This document shows, in pieces, positions 1 to 12,018 of a stretch of DNA of 64,000 nt. The stretch is from NCBI GenBank assembly GCA_043228905.1, contig JBHGNT010000001.1, forward strand, positions 19,840,001 to 19,904,000, written 5' to 3'. The notes beneath the pieces were generated by a model that was given only the letters and a program-made list of their open reading frames with translations, was not told the origin of the DNA and did not search any database. Position 1 is the first letter of the stretch, and each line of letters starts with the position of its first letter. The stretch comes from Azolla caroliniana (lineage: Eukaryota; Plantae; Polypodiophyta). The position numbers were made by a program, and so were the translations under genes.

Positions 1-998
1 CGAAGGCCCAACACAAGGAAGAAGAAGATCGAGGAAGAAAGGATATCCCCACACCTATTCTAGAGACTTCGGCGGTTGTGCACGTACGCCAACGTGAGAC
101 CGGAGAGACAGAATGTGTGGACAAAAAAGAGGACGACCGGAAGGGCGATGAAGAAGACAAGGTAAATGTAAATGAACGAAGGGATTCCTTCACACCGGTT
201 CCGGAGACTTCGGCAGTCGAGATCGTGTGTCGGCATAAGACCGAAGATAAAGGAGGTGGCGAAGAGGAGACAATATGGCTCGAGGCGAGCATACACGGAG
301 GGAAGGATATGGCCGACGTGGAGGCCAAGGATGAAGCTGCGGTTCAGTTCGATGGAGAGGTTGCATGCGGGAAGGAAGGAAGAGTCGAGAACCGGTTGAA
401 CCGGAAGACGATCCGGCCGGGATTCCGACCCGAACGAAGGAAGATCCACATGGGAGCCGATCGACAGGGGCCGACCCGGCCGAAACCTGATTCGGCGAAA
501 ATCGATCGGACGATTCCGATCCAAAAGGGGGCCAACCCAGCCAGAATCAATCGGTCGAGCCCGACTCGGGGAAATGTGAATGCAGATGAAGGCCAACCAA
601 GCCAAGAAGCGATCGGTGGAGACCGATCCAGACAAGGGCAAACCCGGCCTAATCGGAGATCGACACGAACGATCTACAATACCCAGTTGAAGACGGTGAG
701 CGTGAGGAGTGGCCAGGAGTCCAATCGAAGGACACGCGCGGTGGACGAAGGAAGAGCGGTCGTATCGACGACATCGTTCGGTAGATCTACTATAACCGAT
801 CGGGGAAGAAGGTGTGAGCGCCGGATATGGTGGATCGGGTGGCTACGGTGGTTCGGTTGGAAAGATTGTGCATACTCGAAGTGGAAGACGAAGTCGACGA
901 GCGTGTAGAGGAACTCGGTTGATCACCGTTGCCAAAGATCTCACCTCTTCACCTTTCTCGGCACATACCGGAGGATGTGCGGGTTTGGTGGGGGTGGA
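1..998 (+). mobile_element. 3' internal region of a Trp-primed-family Ty3/gypsy element (non-integrase sequence, pre-PPT hairpin, PPT)
   Basis: 961-998 GCACATACCGGAGGATGTGC-GGGTTTGGTGGGGGTGGA matches the 3' end of the element at 58755-58791; upstream ORF 78-908 has no recognisable domain. Confidence 0.7.
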
Positions 999-1641
999 TG
1001 TCGTGACGATTTTTGGCTACGGTGTGAAACCGAGTGAGACGAATAAACCAAGGATGTGCAACATTGCACATGCACTTAGCAAATAAACCTAGCCTAGTGG
1101 CACTTGAGTTCATACAGAGGGGTGCAAGCAAGGTTTGAACCTTGCACCTCTAAGATACAAGATAATTGCCTTACCACTAGGACAACTATCATATAGTGTA
1201 GATTTTATGTATTTCCTTTTCATATACAAATTATAGACGAAACAACCATAGAAAACCATGTGCACAAAACCATGGTTTTAAACCCATGGTTTGTGCATGA
1301 CATAAGCAAAACCGTGTGCACAAAACCATGGTTTTAGCCCATGGTTTTGTGCATGTCACGAGCATGGAAAGACCTATAAAAGCCTCTAGTTGGGCTTGTG
1401 TAAGGGGGGCTCAATATGTGATATCACCAACACCATTATCATCAATATAAATTATATTTGTCTTTATCTTCTTCATTATTTTCTACTTCTCAAGTGTACA
1501 AGCTTTCTTCTTCTCAAGTGAACAAATTCCGTCTAATCTTACATTGATCGTCATCTCTTCGATAATTCCGCGAACGTCCTCCCCAGTCCAAGACCCCGGT
1601 GGTCGCTCGAGTAGCACACGCACGCGCGAATCTTCGCGACA
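999..1641 (+). repeat. Gypsy 3' LTR
   Basis: TGTCGTGA...TCGCGACA termini, directly after PPT; TATA-like CTATAAAAG near 1375; CCATGG/GTGCAC palindromic repeats; homologous to 31198-31602. Confidence 0.85.
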
Positions 1642-4195
1642 CCGTCTCCTCGGCTTCCTACGCGGGGAATGCACGGCCGAGTCTCCACTACTCGCCGGCT
1701 CTTCATTGGATTGGTCGAACTAACTCAGTCTTCCATTCGGTCCACTTAACTAAAACGAAATCGGACTCTCTTCGCAGGTCCCGATTTCAGGCTCATCCGG
1801 AGGCATCTCAGTCTTGCTGACCTCATCGTCAGAACTCAGATTGGAGGTGAGGTCCGGAGTCGGAGGCAAGTACCAGGACGCGGACTCGTCAAACACAACG
1901 TCGCGGCTCACGCGCACTTGTTTGGTGCGTGGTTTATAACACTTATAACCCTTCTGCTTGTCTGAGTAACCAACCAAGATACATTTCTCGGCCTTTGCGT
2001 CCAGCTTTCTCCGTTTCTCCTTCGGCACATGCATATACGCAATCCTACCGAAAACTCGTAAGTGTCGCAAGTTCGGCTTCGTTCCGAAATATAGCTCGTG
2101 CGCCAAAGCTTTGTCTCTGATCCGGTTCTGGATGTACACCGCGGTCCTTACCACCTCGGCCCAGTAGAAGTTGGGCAAGCTCTTCTCCTCCAGCATTTCC
2201 CGTGCTGCTTCCACCACCGACCAATTTTTCCTCTCGGCCACGCCGTTTTGCTCCGGCGTGTATCTACAACTGAATTCGCGCCGAATTCCCATTTGTTGTA
2301 GATAACTGTTGAATTGACTGGAAAAATATTCTTTTTCACCATCCGACCGCAGGCACTTGATCTTTCTTCCTGTTTCCGTTTCCACGAACCCTTTGAGGTC
2401 TCAGAAACAGTTGAAGACTTCGCTCTTCCTCTCAATGAGGTACATCCACGTGTGCCGTGTGTAGTCGTCGATGAAGGAGACGAAATATCGGCTCCTGCCA
2501 AGACTAACGTTTTGTGCCGGCCCCCACTCATCGGAGTGTATCAAGTCGAGCTTGTTCCGGCTCCGGTTAGGCTTGTTGGGGAAGGGAAGTCGGTGTTGCT
2601 TCCCAAGCTGGCAGGCTTCACAAATTTGTGCCTTCCAGCCACTAAATTTGGGCAATCCGAACACCACCTGTTTCAATTGCAGGTCCTGAAGCTGTTGATA
2701 GTTGACGTCGCCTATCCGCTTGTGCCTTAAATCGATATCCAACTGAACTTTTTGTCCTTTCGCGAACATTGCGGTGCCACAGTCACTAGAGTCGAGGATA
2801 AACATCCTCCTGTCTCTGCGCCTTTGCGCAATAACTCGGCCTTCTTCCTCGATGAAGCACCCGAGATGCGTAAACCGAACCTGCATCCCCTGGTCGACGA
2901 TCTGCCCGACCAACACCAGGTTCTTTGTGATTGTCGGGACGTGTGACACGTTCATGCGTTTCCCTTTCTGCCCGACATGGCTTAGGGGAACTTCACCGAC
3001 ATTTGTGATCGGATGTGGAGTATCATCTCCGGTTGTGACTACTCCCAGTTGCATCGGTTTCTCAAGGTATGAGAACCACTCCTTGTGGCACGTCATGTGG
3101 TTTGACCCGCCGGAGTCGACGTACCACACCTCGTCCGATTTCAGGGTGATCTTCTTCATCGAGTTCGCTTCGTGTCTCATCACGAAGACTGACCCTTTTT
3201 TGGCTTCTCTAGATCCTTCAGTGTAGTGCGATCGTTGCCGATTTCCTTTGTTGGTCTGTTCGGAACTTGTTCCGGACCCGATTCTCTCCAAATCGGCACA
3301 CTTTTTCCAGCACTCACTCTCCTTGTGGCCTTTCTTGCGACAGTACTAGCATTCCGCAACGGATTTCCCTTGCCGTTTCTCGTCGCCTCAACTCCCCCTG
3401 TTTCCGAAGGGTCTGGAATTGCTGTCGGCATCACTTCAGTGCCTTCATCCTTGATCCCGTCGGCCGCCTCCATTGCGTACCGACTCGCCTCGTCCGCCAC
3501 GACCACGGGGCCTATCTCCCTCCCTCCATTGCTTGTCGACGCACCCACGTGGTTCTCCTCTATAAGGAGCATCGACTATAAGTCGAAAAACGACGACGTA
3601 TTCTCCCGTGTATAAACAGTAGTTCGGAACGCTCCGAACTTTGATGCCAAACCCCCGAGACAGACCTGGACCATCTCGCTTTCCTCAATGTTCACATCGA
3701 TGGAAGCTAAGTAGTCGCATATGTCCTTGATCTTCGAGGTATAGTCAACCACCGACAAATCGTGTTGTCATAGGTTGCTCAACTCTTGTCGGAGCTGAAG
3801 CTTCCTAGTTGTGGTGCTCGTGGCAAAGATCTTCTTCTGATTTTCCCATGCACCCTTCGGCGTTTTTGCATCCCGAACGTAGCTTAATAGATGTTCGCCC
3901 ACACAAGACGCGAAACAGTACAACACTCTGCTCACCGATTGTTCCCACGCCGGGAAGTCTTTGTGTGTCGAATTGGGTGCTGTGTCATTTTCTCCATCGA
4001 CATAGCTCCATCAACCGTGTCCGAGTAGGTACTGGTGCATCTTGTAAGACGAAGATGCGTAGTTGTTTCTGTCGAGCTTCTCCGTCAAAAGCAAGCTAGC
4101 CATGCCTCTATCCATCAATTTTGCCTGTTCTTCTTGGTTGGTTTTTCTTTCAAGCTATGTCGGCTGCAGAGGTTCTCAACCGCGCTCTAATACCA
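1642..4195 (-). mobile_element. Ty1/copia family A, 5' part (gag, protease, GAG-pre-integrase, integrase), degenerate, interrupted at 1641 by gypsy LTR
   Basis: gag from ATG at 4103; protease WYVDSGGSNHM; CEACQLGKQHR; integrase YTPEQNGVAERKN; stops and frameshifts; PBS TGGTATTAGAG (iMet) at 4185-4195. Confidence 0.93.
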
Positions 4196-4610
4196 TGTAA
4201 AATATTATGTGCGGAAGCAATAGAAAACCAAACACACAGAAAATACGTAGGTTTAATGGAGAGCTTGAGTATACATAGTACACGGGAGAGACAGAGAGAC
4301 AACACACAAAAAACTCAATTCAAAAAATACTAACTCTCTATACATACACCGTGCTCAATGAGCACCTTTTATACAAGCCCTTACAATCGGGCTGACACAA
4401 GTACTGACAGTACTTGACTGCTCATAAATGAGCCTCAACACTTACTCCCAAAACTATTCCTTACGAGGAATATCTCTCTAACGGCCTCTCGTTATGCACC
4501 GGTTTGCGTATCTGTTTTACGCACCGGTCTGGCCTAACCGATCGGTCCCAACCGATCCGGTCCTCGGCTTGCTCAGCCGATCCGGCCGATGTTGAGCTTG
4601 TCTCTCAACA
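4196..4610 (-). repeat. Copia family A 5' LTR
   Basis: TGTTGAGAG...TTACA on minus strand, adjacent to PBS; near-identical to 29582-30020. Confidence 0.92.
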
Positions 4611-7600
4611 TGCTTGATACAGTAGTTACACCAATAACTCTATACAACAAATAATGACAACTACACACAGAAGTGTTTGCCCTAGGTCATATTTATACTA
4701 ATATGAATTTCAGGCTATTTACAAATATAGCCACAATGGGCTCTCTAGAACATATTTACATATATGTCCCTTGATCCGGTGAGAGGTTCTCACCGGGCCT
4801 GCATCATCTAGTTCACACCGGGCCTTCATCATCCGGTTCTCACCAGGCCTTCATCATCATCCCATTTGGAAGGACCGAAGTCCTAACAAACTCCCCCTTC
4901 ACTCCGGCATGGGATGTCTGGTTAGTCCAATTCGCTTCCGGCATGCGTCCAGCTTGTCGGGTGTCAGCACTTTGGTCAGCATATCTGACCCATTGTCTTC
5001 CGTGTGGATCTTCATCAACACGAACTCTCCCGGATCCAGTGGTATCTTTGTTGGATGTACTTCGTCCTGGAATGATACGTTGCGTTCTTCGCAAGGTGGA
5101 TGACACTTTGACTGTCGCAGTAGAGCCGATATTCCTCTTGCCAGATCCCTAGCTCTTCGATGAAGTCCTTCATCCATAGTATTTCCTTGCCAGCTTCCAC
5201 AACTGCCATGTACTCCGCCTCCGTGGTTGACAACGCAACCGTCTTCTGCAACCTCGACTGCCACGAAACAACCCCTCCTACATATGTCATGACGTATCTG
5301 GATGTTGACCGACTAGTATCCGCATCAGCCGACATATCCGAATTGGTGAAACCGTCAAGTTAGGGTTTACCGGAGCCGAATCGGAGACACATACTTGAGG
5401 TGCCTTTCAAGTACCGGAGTATCCACTTTACCGCATTCTAGTGCTCCTTGCTGGGATTGGTCATAAACCGGCTCACCACTCCGACTGCGTATCCAATATC
5501 CGGTCGGGTACACACCATTGCATACATTAATCTCCCGACAGCAGAGGCATATCATATCTTCATCATATCCACCTTCTCTGCCTTTGTCCTCAGGCTTTGC
5601 TTACTGGATAACTTGCAGCTTGCCAAGAGTGTCGATCCGACCGGTTTCGCATCTGACATGTTGAACCGTTGAAGCACCTTTGTGACGTACTTATCATGTG
5701 ACAACCACAATTGCTTCTTTGACCGGTCCCAGATGATATGCATCCCCAGTATCTGTCTTGCCGGACCCAAGTCTTTCATTGAGAAGGTTCGGTTAAGGGC
5801 CTTTTTCAGCATCCGAATTTGTGCTTGGTCCTGTTCGATGATCAACATGTCGTCCACATATAGGAGCAATATCAGGAAGTCTCGTCTGTCGAATTTCTTC
5901 ACAAATACGCAGTGATCGGCCTACGTCTTGTGGTACCCTTGATCGGTCATGAAGGAGTCCAACTTCCGGTACCATTGCCGGGGAGCTTGCTTCAGTCCGT
6001 ATAAGCTCTTCTTCAACAGGCAAAACAGGTGCTCCTTCCCTTTCTTCACAAATCCTTCTGGTTGCTGCATGTAGATCACCTCTTTGAGGTCGCCATGGAG
6101 GAACGTCGTCTTCATGTCTAACTGCTCTACCTCAAGGTTCATGCTCGCCGTTATGATCAGCACCGTCCGGATGGAAGTCATCTTTACTACTGGGGAAAAT
6201 ATCTCGTCGAAGTCCATCCCCTTCTTCTGCGGGAACCCCTTCTCCATGATCTTGGCTTTGTACCTTGGGGGGTTACCGGCATCTCCCGGTTTCAACTTGT
6301 ATACCCACTTATTTCGGAGTGCCCGCTTTCCTTTCGGCAACTCCACCAGTTCATATGTGTGGTTCTCGTGCAGGGAATCCATCTCATCCTACATGGCGCT
6401 CAACCACTTGCGGCTGTGGGTGTGCTCCTTTGCTTCTTCGAAGCTTTCTGGCTCCCCCTCATCGGTTAGCAGCACATGCTCTGCATCCAGAAATCTTCGG
6501 GGGGCTCTTCTTTCCCGGAGAGGATATCTTTGTCCTTGGTTTTCGGTAATCGACTCCTGTGTCTGTTCTTCATCCGAATCCGATTCGAGGTCTTGGTTGG
6601 TTCCGGTTTCTACTTCTTCTTCTTCTTCTTCTTCTTCGGTTGGTTCGGTATCCTCACCGTAACTGGCTGGTTCTTCAAGTGTCAACCGACTTTTAGCCGG
6701 GTAGGTCTAAATCTCATCGAACCGATCCTTACCGGTCGACTCAGAGTTCATTATCTTCTTCTCCGACTGCCAGTTGGCAAGGGTCTTGTCCTCCATGAAG
6801 AGAATATCTCGACTCCGGAACACCTTCTTGTCAACCGGATCCCACACTCGGTAGTTGAACTCATCATTGCCATATCCGAGGAATATGCAAGGCCGGGACT
6901 TTGGATCCAACTTTTCTCTCTGGTCCTTTGCAACATGCACGTAAGCGAGACACCCGAACACCTTCAGATGCCGGTAAGACACTTCCTTACCGGTCCACAC
7001 TCTCTGCGGCGTGTCTCCATCCAAGGGTATTGAGGGTGACCTATTTATCACATATGTCACTGTCGATAGCGCCTCAACCCAAAATTTCTTGGGTAACTTT
7101 GCACATGCTAGCATACTCTGGACCCTCTCCATTATGGTCTTGTTCATCCTCTCGGCCAGCCCATTGAGTTCCGGCATCTTCGGCATGGTAAATTCAAGCC
7201 GGATTCCCTTCGAGTGACAGTACTCGTCGAACTGCCCCCGGTATTCTCCTCCATTATCTACTTGAACCGCCTTCAGCTTCCGGCCGGTTTCTCTTTCCAC
7301 TCTTGCGTGGAGCTCCTTGAAGACGGATAACACCTGATCCTTCGTCTTCAATGGTGAGACCCACAACTTCCGGTTGTGGTCATCTATGAATGTCACGAAG
7401 TACTGCGATTTGGCATGTGACTTCGTGTCCACTTGACACACATCGGTATGCACCAACTCTAGTGGTGCATTACGTCTCATCGGTGGCTTTGATCTGAAGG
7501 AGGTCCGGTTTTGCTTGCCGGCCAGGCAGTCGGTGCACTTCTCAAAATGCATGTCTTTCACTGGAATGAGGGTGTCACTCGCAAGCCTCTTCATCCCCTT

Positions 7601-8874
7601 CTCACTCATGTGACACAGTCTCTTGTGCCACAGCTCACCAGCAGTGTCGGATGTCACGTTCACTTCTTCTAGGCATAACCTAGCATTCATTAGTTACAAT
7701 GTGTTGACTTTCTGGGCCCAAGCCACTATTAGGCTCCCTTTGCAGAACTTCATGACACCGTTCCGGATGTTACCCGTGTAGCCTTCATCGTCTAACCGAC
7801 CGACTGATATTAGGTTCAGTTGAACCTCTGGAACGTGTCTGACATCCTTCAGCAGCAACTTGCATCCAGTTGGTGTTTGTCAACAACACATTTCCTATGC
7901 CGGTAATTCAGCATGTCCCTTCATTCCCCATCCGGATACAACCGTGATCACCGATTGTGTAGGATGAGAAGCATTTCCAGTCCGGGGTCAGGTGGAATGA
8001 TACTCCAGAAGATCTTCTCCCAGAGCTCATGAGCCTTGCTCTCTTCATTGAAGTTGTTGTACAGACTCATGTCAATGAAGCACCGTATGTACACAGTTTT
8101 CTTCATGTGCATCACCTCCCATATCGTGGCATCAATCTTGTCTAATCTCTTGTCCCCGAATTGAACTGGCAACCAAAGATCTTAAACCACAAGCATGTCC
8201 CTCATCTTCAACTACCACACTGAGTAGTTGGAGCCGGTGAGCTTGAACATGCCTCCCAACGAATCTTCCATTTTTTGTGTCGTTTCACTCTGATACCAGA
8301 TTGACAATAATATGCGGAATAATGCTCGGCCACAACTGAGACTTCAATCAATTCTTTAGAATCACAACCACAGAAGAAATGGGCAATGAAGTTAAATGCA
8401 CATATACACAGTCAATATGAGAGGGAGTACACAATATGTTAACGTGGAAAACCCTGAGAGGGAAAAACCACAGGAGCCCATAGACTCCAAACTATCACTA
8501 TATCAAGGAGTACAACATGGAGCACAGAGGCAACGACCTTTTGCTCTCAACCCTCGCCTGGCGGCAGTTACAGCAGAGACACACTCTCTGTATCGTTCTC
8601 TCTCTCTTTCTCTCTTTGTTACGCTCTATACAGTAGTTACACCTATAACTCTATACAATAAATAATGACAACTACACACACAAGTGTTTGCCCTAGGTCA
8701 TATTTATACTAATATGAATTTTGGGTTATTTACAAATATAGCTACAATGGGCTCTCTGGAACATATTTACATATATGTCCCTTGATCCGGTGAGAGGTTC
8801 TCACCGGGCCTGCATCATCCGGTTCACACCGGGCCTTCATCATCATCCCATCTGGAGGGACCGAAGTCCTAACA
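4611..8874 (-). mobile_element. Tnt1/Tork-like Ty1/copia element, degenerate, with internal gag deletion
   Basis: 5' LTR 8302-8874; PBS TGGTATCAGAG 8288-8298; gag ATG 8271 fused near 8010 to protease SGVSFHLTP; integrase 6707-7690; RT LLLYVDDML, SLYGLKQAPRQW; RNase H ALSTTEAEY; PPT GAAGGGGGAG 4891-4900; partial 3' LTR 4611-4888 interrupted by the family A copy. Confidence 0.92.
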
Positions 8875-11302
8875 CGTTTTCAAAAGGACAGAAAGTCGAA
8901 TACGACATTGACTTGTGGCACAAGTGGATCAACTACATCAACTTTTTGAAGCTTCAAGAACTGCAGTCGAAACATGTGGTATTAGGATTGCCGAAGTTTA
9001 GTGGCCGAAAGGCCCACATATGTGAAGCTTGTCAACTTGGGAAGCATCATACGTTCCAATTCCCTACTGAAAAGCCTTAGAGCTGGAATCGGCAAGACTT
9101 AATCCACATAAATGTATGGGGACCGGCAAGTTGTGTGACCATGGGTGGGAGTCGATACTTTGTCTCCTTCATCGAGGATTTTAGTTGACACACTTGGGTC
9201 TACCTAATTGAAAAGAAGAGCGACGTATTTTCATGTTTCTGGGACTTAAAGAACCTTGTCGAATAGGAAACCGAATGGGAGATCAAGTGTCTAAGATCAG
9301 ATGGTGGAAAAAAAAACTTTTCCAGCTAGTTCACGAGGTATCTGCAGACAAAGGGAATCTAGAGGGGGTTCTCCTACGATACACAGTGGAGTAGATTGCC
9401 ATGATCCAGAGATGGAACTGGACAATGGTCAAAGTGGCTAGGGAGATGTTAGAGGAGAAGATCATGCTTAGGCTCTATTGGGCCAAAGAGATCAAGGTGG
9501 CCATTCATACATAGAGCAAATGGATCTTTGCTCCCGAAACAAAGGTATCACAACACGAGCTCTATTTCGGGTGAAAGACGCATTTGGCACATCAGGGTGT
9601 TCGGTAGCATTGCATATGTACATATACCGGACGAGAGAAAAAGGAAGTTGGATGCCTAGGTTGAGAAATGTATCTTGGTCATCTATTTGCATGAGCAGAA
9701 GGGGTACAAGTGCTACAACCCTTGGACGAAGCCAGTGAGAGTGAGTCGTGATGTCGTCTTTGACGAATCGGCGTCTTTGTATTCCCTTCCGTCTCCAATC
9801 CCCAAAGACTCTGAGCCTATTTCAGGGAAGAGGCCAATGAGGCCGACCCTCTGAATGAGGAAGATATCAGCACTCTAGAAGAGAGTCCGATCTCATTCCG
9901 GCTAAGCAGGCCAAATGAGAGACTAAGTCGGAACGATCAGTCAGATGAGGAGGCGAGCAGTGACCACTCGCCCCTGCAATCCCCGCACCAAGTAGAGGAA
10001 ACGACTTATGCGCAAGAAGAAAGGGAAGATGAAGATGTCAGAATATGGCATAGAGGCCAGTGCGTCAGATCAAGGGGAATCCGACGCAACCAGGAATGAA
10101 GGTGGACCTCATCAGTTGAGGTTGGAGTCGGCCAAGAGGGCTATGAAATCGGCAAAGTAGAAGTTGCGCCGATCAACCCGCTAGAAGAACCCTATTGTTT
10201 GGTATGGGTACAATGACTATATGGCACATCACTATGCATATATGGCGAAGGTGGCAGAAGTGCGTGAGCGAGAGCTACGTAGAGGCGGCAAAAGTCGCTA
10301 ATTGGTGTGCCATTATGGAGGAAGAGATGGGCGCATTGATGGAAAATGAGACATGGGACCTGGTTGACGCCCCCAAAGGTGTAAAGCCAATTGGATGCTA
10401 AGGGGTGTACAAGGTCAAGAACAACGCCGACGACGTTGGATCAAGGGGAATCCGATGCAACCAGGAACGAAGTTGGACCTCATGAGTTGAGGTCGGAGTC
10501 GGTTGTGAAATCGGCAAAGTGGAAGTTGTATTGATCAACCCCCTAGAAGAACCCTGTTGTTCGACTATATGGCACATCACTATGCGTATATGGCGAATGT
10601 AGCAGAAGTGATGAGCCGGGGGGCTACCTAGAGGTAGCGAAAGGCGCTAATTGGTGTGCTGCTATGGAGGAAGATATGCGTGCATTGATGGAAAATGAGA
10701 CATGGAACTTGGTTGATGCCCCCAAAGGTTTAAAGCCAATCAGATGTAGATGGGTGTACAAGGTCAAGTACAACACCGACAACGTTGGATCAAGGGGAAT
10801 CTGACGCAACTAGGAATGAAGGTGGACTTCATGAGTTGAGGTCGGAGTCGACTGTGAAATCCACAAAGTAGAAGTTGCGTCGATCAACCCGCCAGAAGAA
10901 CCCTATTGTTTGGTACAGGTACAATGACTATATGGCACATCACTATGCATATATGGAGAAGGTGGCAGAAGTGCGTGAGCCATAGGGCTACCCAGAAGTG
11001 GCGAAAGGCACTAATTGGTGTGCTGTTATGGAGGAAGATATGCATGCATTGATGGAAAATGAGACATGGAACCTGGTTGATGCCCCCAAAGGTGTAAAGC
11101 CAATTGGATGCAGATGGGTGTACAAGGTCAAGTACAATGTTGACGGCTCCATTAACCGGTACAAGGCCCGATGGTGGGTAAGGACTACGTACAACAACAT
11201 GGCATCGACTAGGATGACCCATTCATGCCAGTTGCCAAAATGACAATCGTCCGGGTGTTGATGGTGGTAGCGGTGCCGAAGGAATGACCCCTACACCAGA
11301 TG
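8875..11302 (+). mobile_element. Copia family A relic (pre-integrase, integrase, start of RT)
   Basis: KGQKVEYDIDLWHK, CEACQLGKHH, VKPIGCRWVYKVKYN, ends at LHQM; many stops. Confidence 0.88.
10068..11145 (+). repeat. Tandem triplication of ~350-370 bp (integrase-RT linker and RT start)
   Basis: Units start GATCAAGGGGAATC at 10068, 10439 and 10788; each contains GAAAATGAGACATGG...GTACAAGGTCAAG. Confidence 0.92.
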
Positions 11303-11659
11303 TGTTTATGGGAGGGATGGTGCCAAGAATGGCTCCAGCTCCCTCCCAAGGGGGTTACGTGTGAGAGAGAGAGAAACAGAGACACAAAGAATGACACAGA
11401 ATGAGAGGGAAAATTCTTCTTCTTTCACTATGCCCCATGGGTGGGGTTTATATAGTACAAGAGGGAACCATTACAAATAGGGAATGAGACAAGTAGGGAG
11501 TTACACTAACTTACCCACTCTCTCATCTTTGTACACATGCATACAAATGTGCATGTGTTCATACACATATTCATCCTCACTCACACTCATATACATTACA
11601 TATACACAACTGTTACAATCACTTTATCATTTTCCACTCTAAGTATACCTCCTCGTACA
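11303..11659 (-). repeat. Possible LTR of an unrelated element
   Basis: Starts TG exactly where copia RT breaks, ends CA (TGTTTATGGGAGG / CCTCCTCGTACA); minus-strand CTATATAAACCCC; no TSD found. Confidence 0.4.
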
Positions 11660-12018
11660 ACTACTACGGGTAACATATGGCACACTTGTGGGACAGTGCA
11701 TTGCACGACCGAACCCACTGGCCATGGCAAACTCCCGTTGACTGGAACTCCATCAATCTTCTCGTTGGTCGAAAATCCCTGGACTGGAACACTGCTCTAC
11801 AATCAATAACTTTGATCGGAGCTTGCTTGAGCTAAAACTTATTGTTCGGTCAACACATCTCTCGATTGGGTCACACACCAATCGGCTCGTCCACTGCAGC
11901 ATGGGTCGTAAAATCGTGTTGTGTGTATGTGTATTCTTTGGTTTCCTCATGTGAGTTGAGTTTTGTATGTCATGGTCTTTGAAATTTTCATTTTTACCCT
12001 CAAGTTTTTAAAAAAAAA

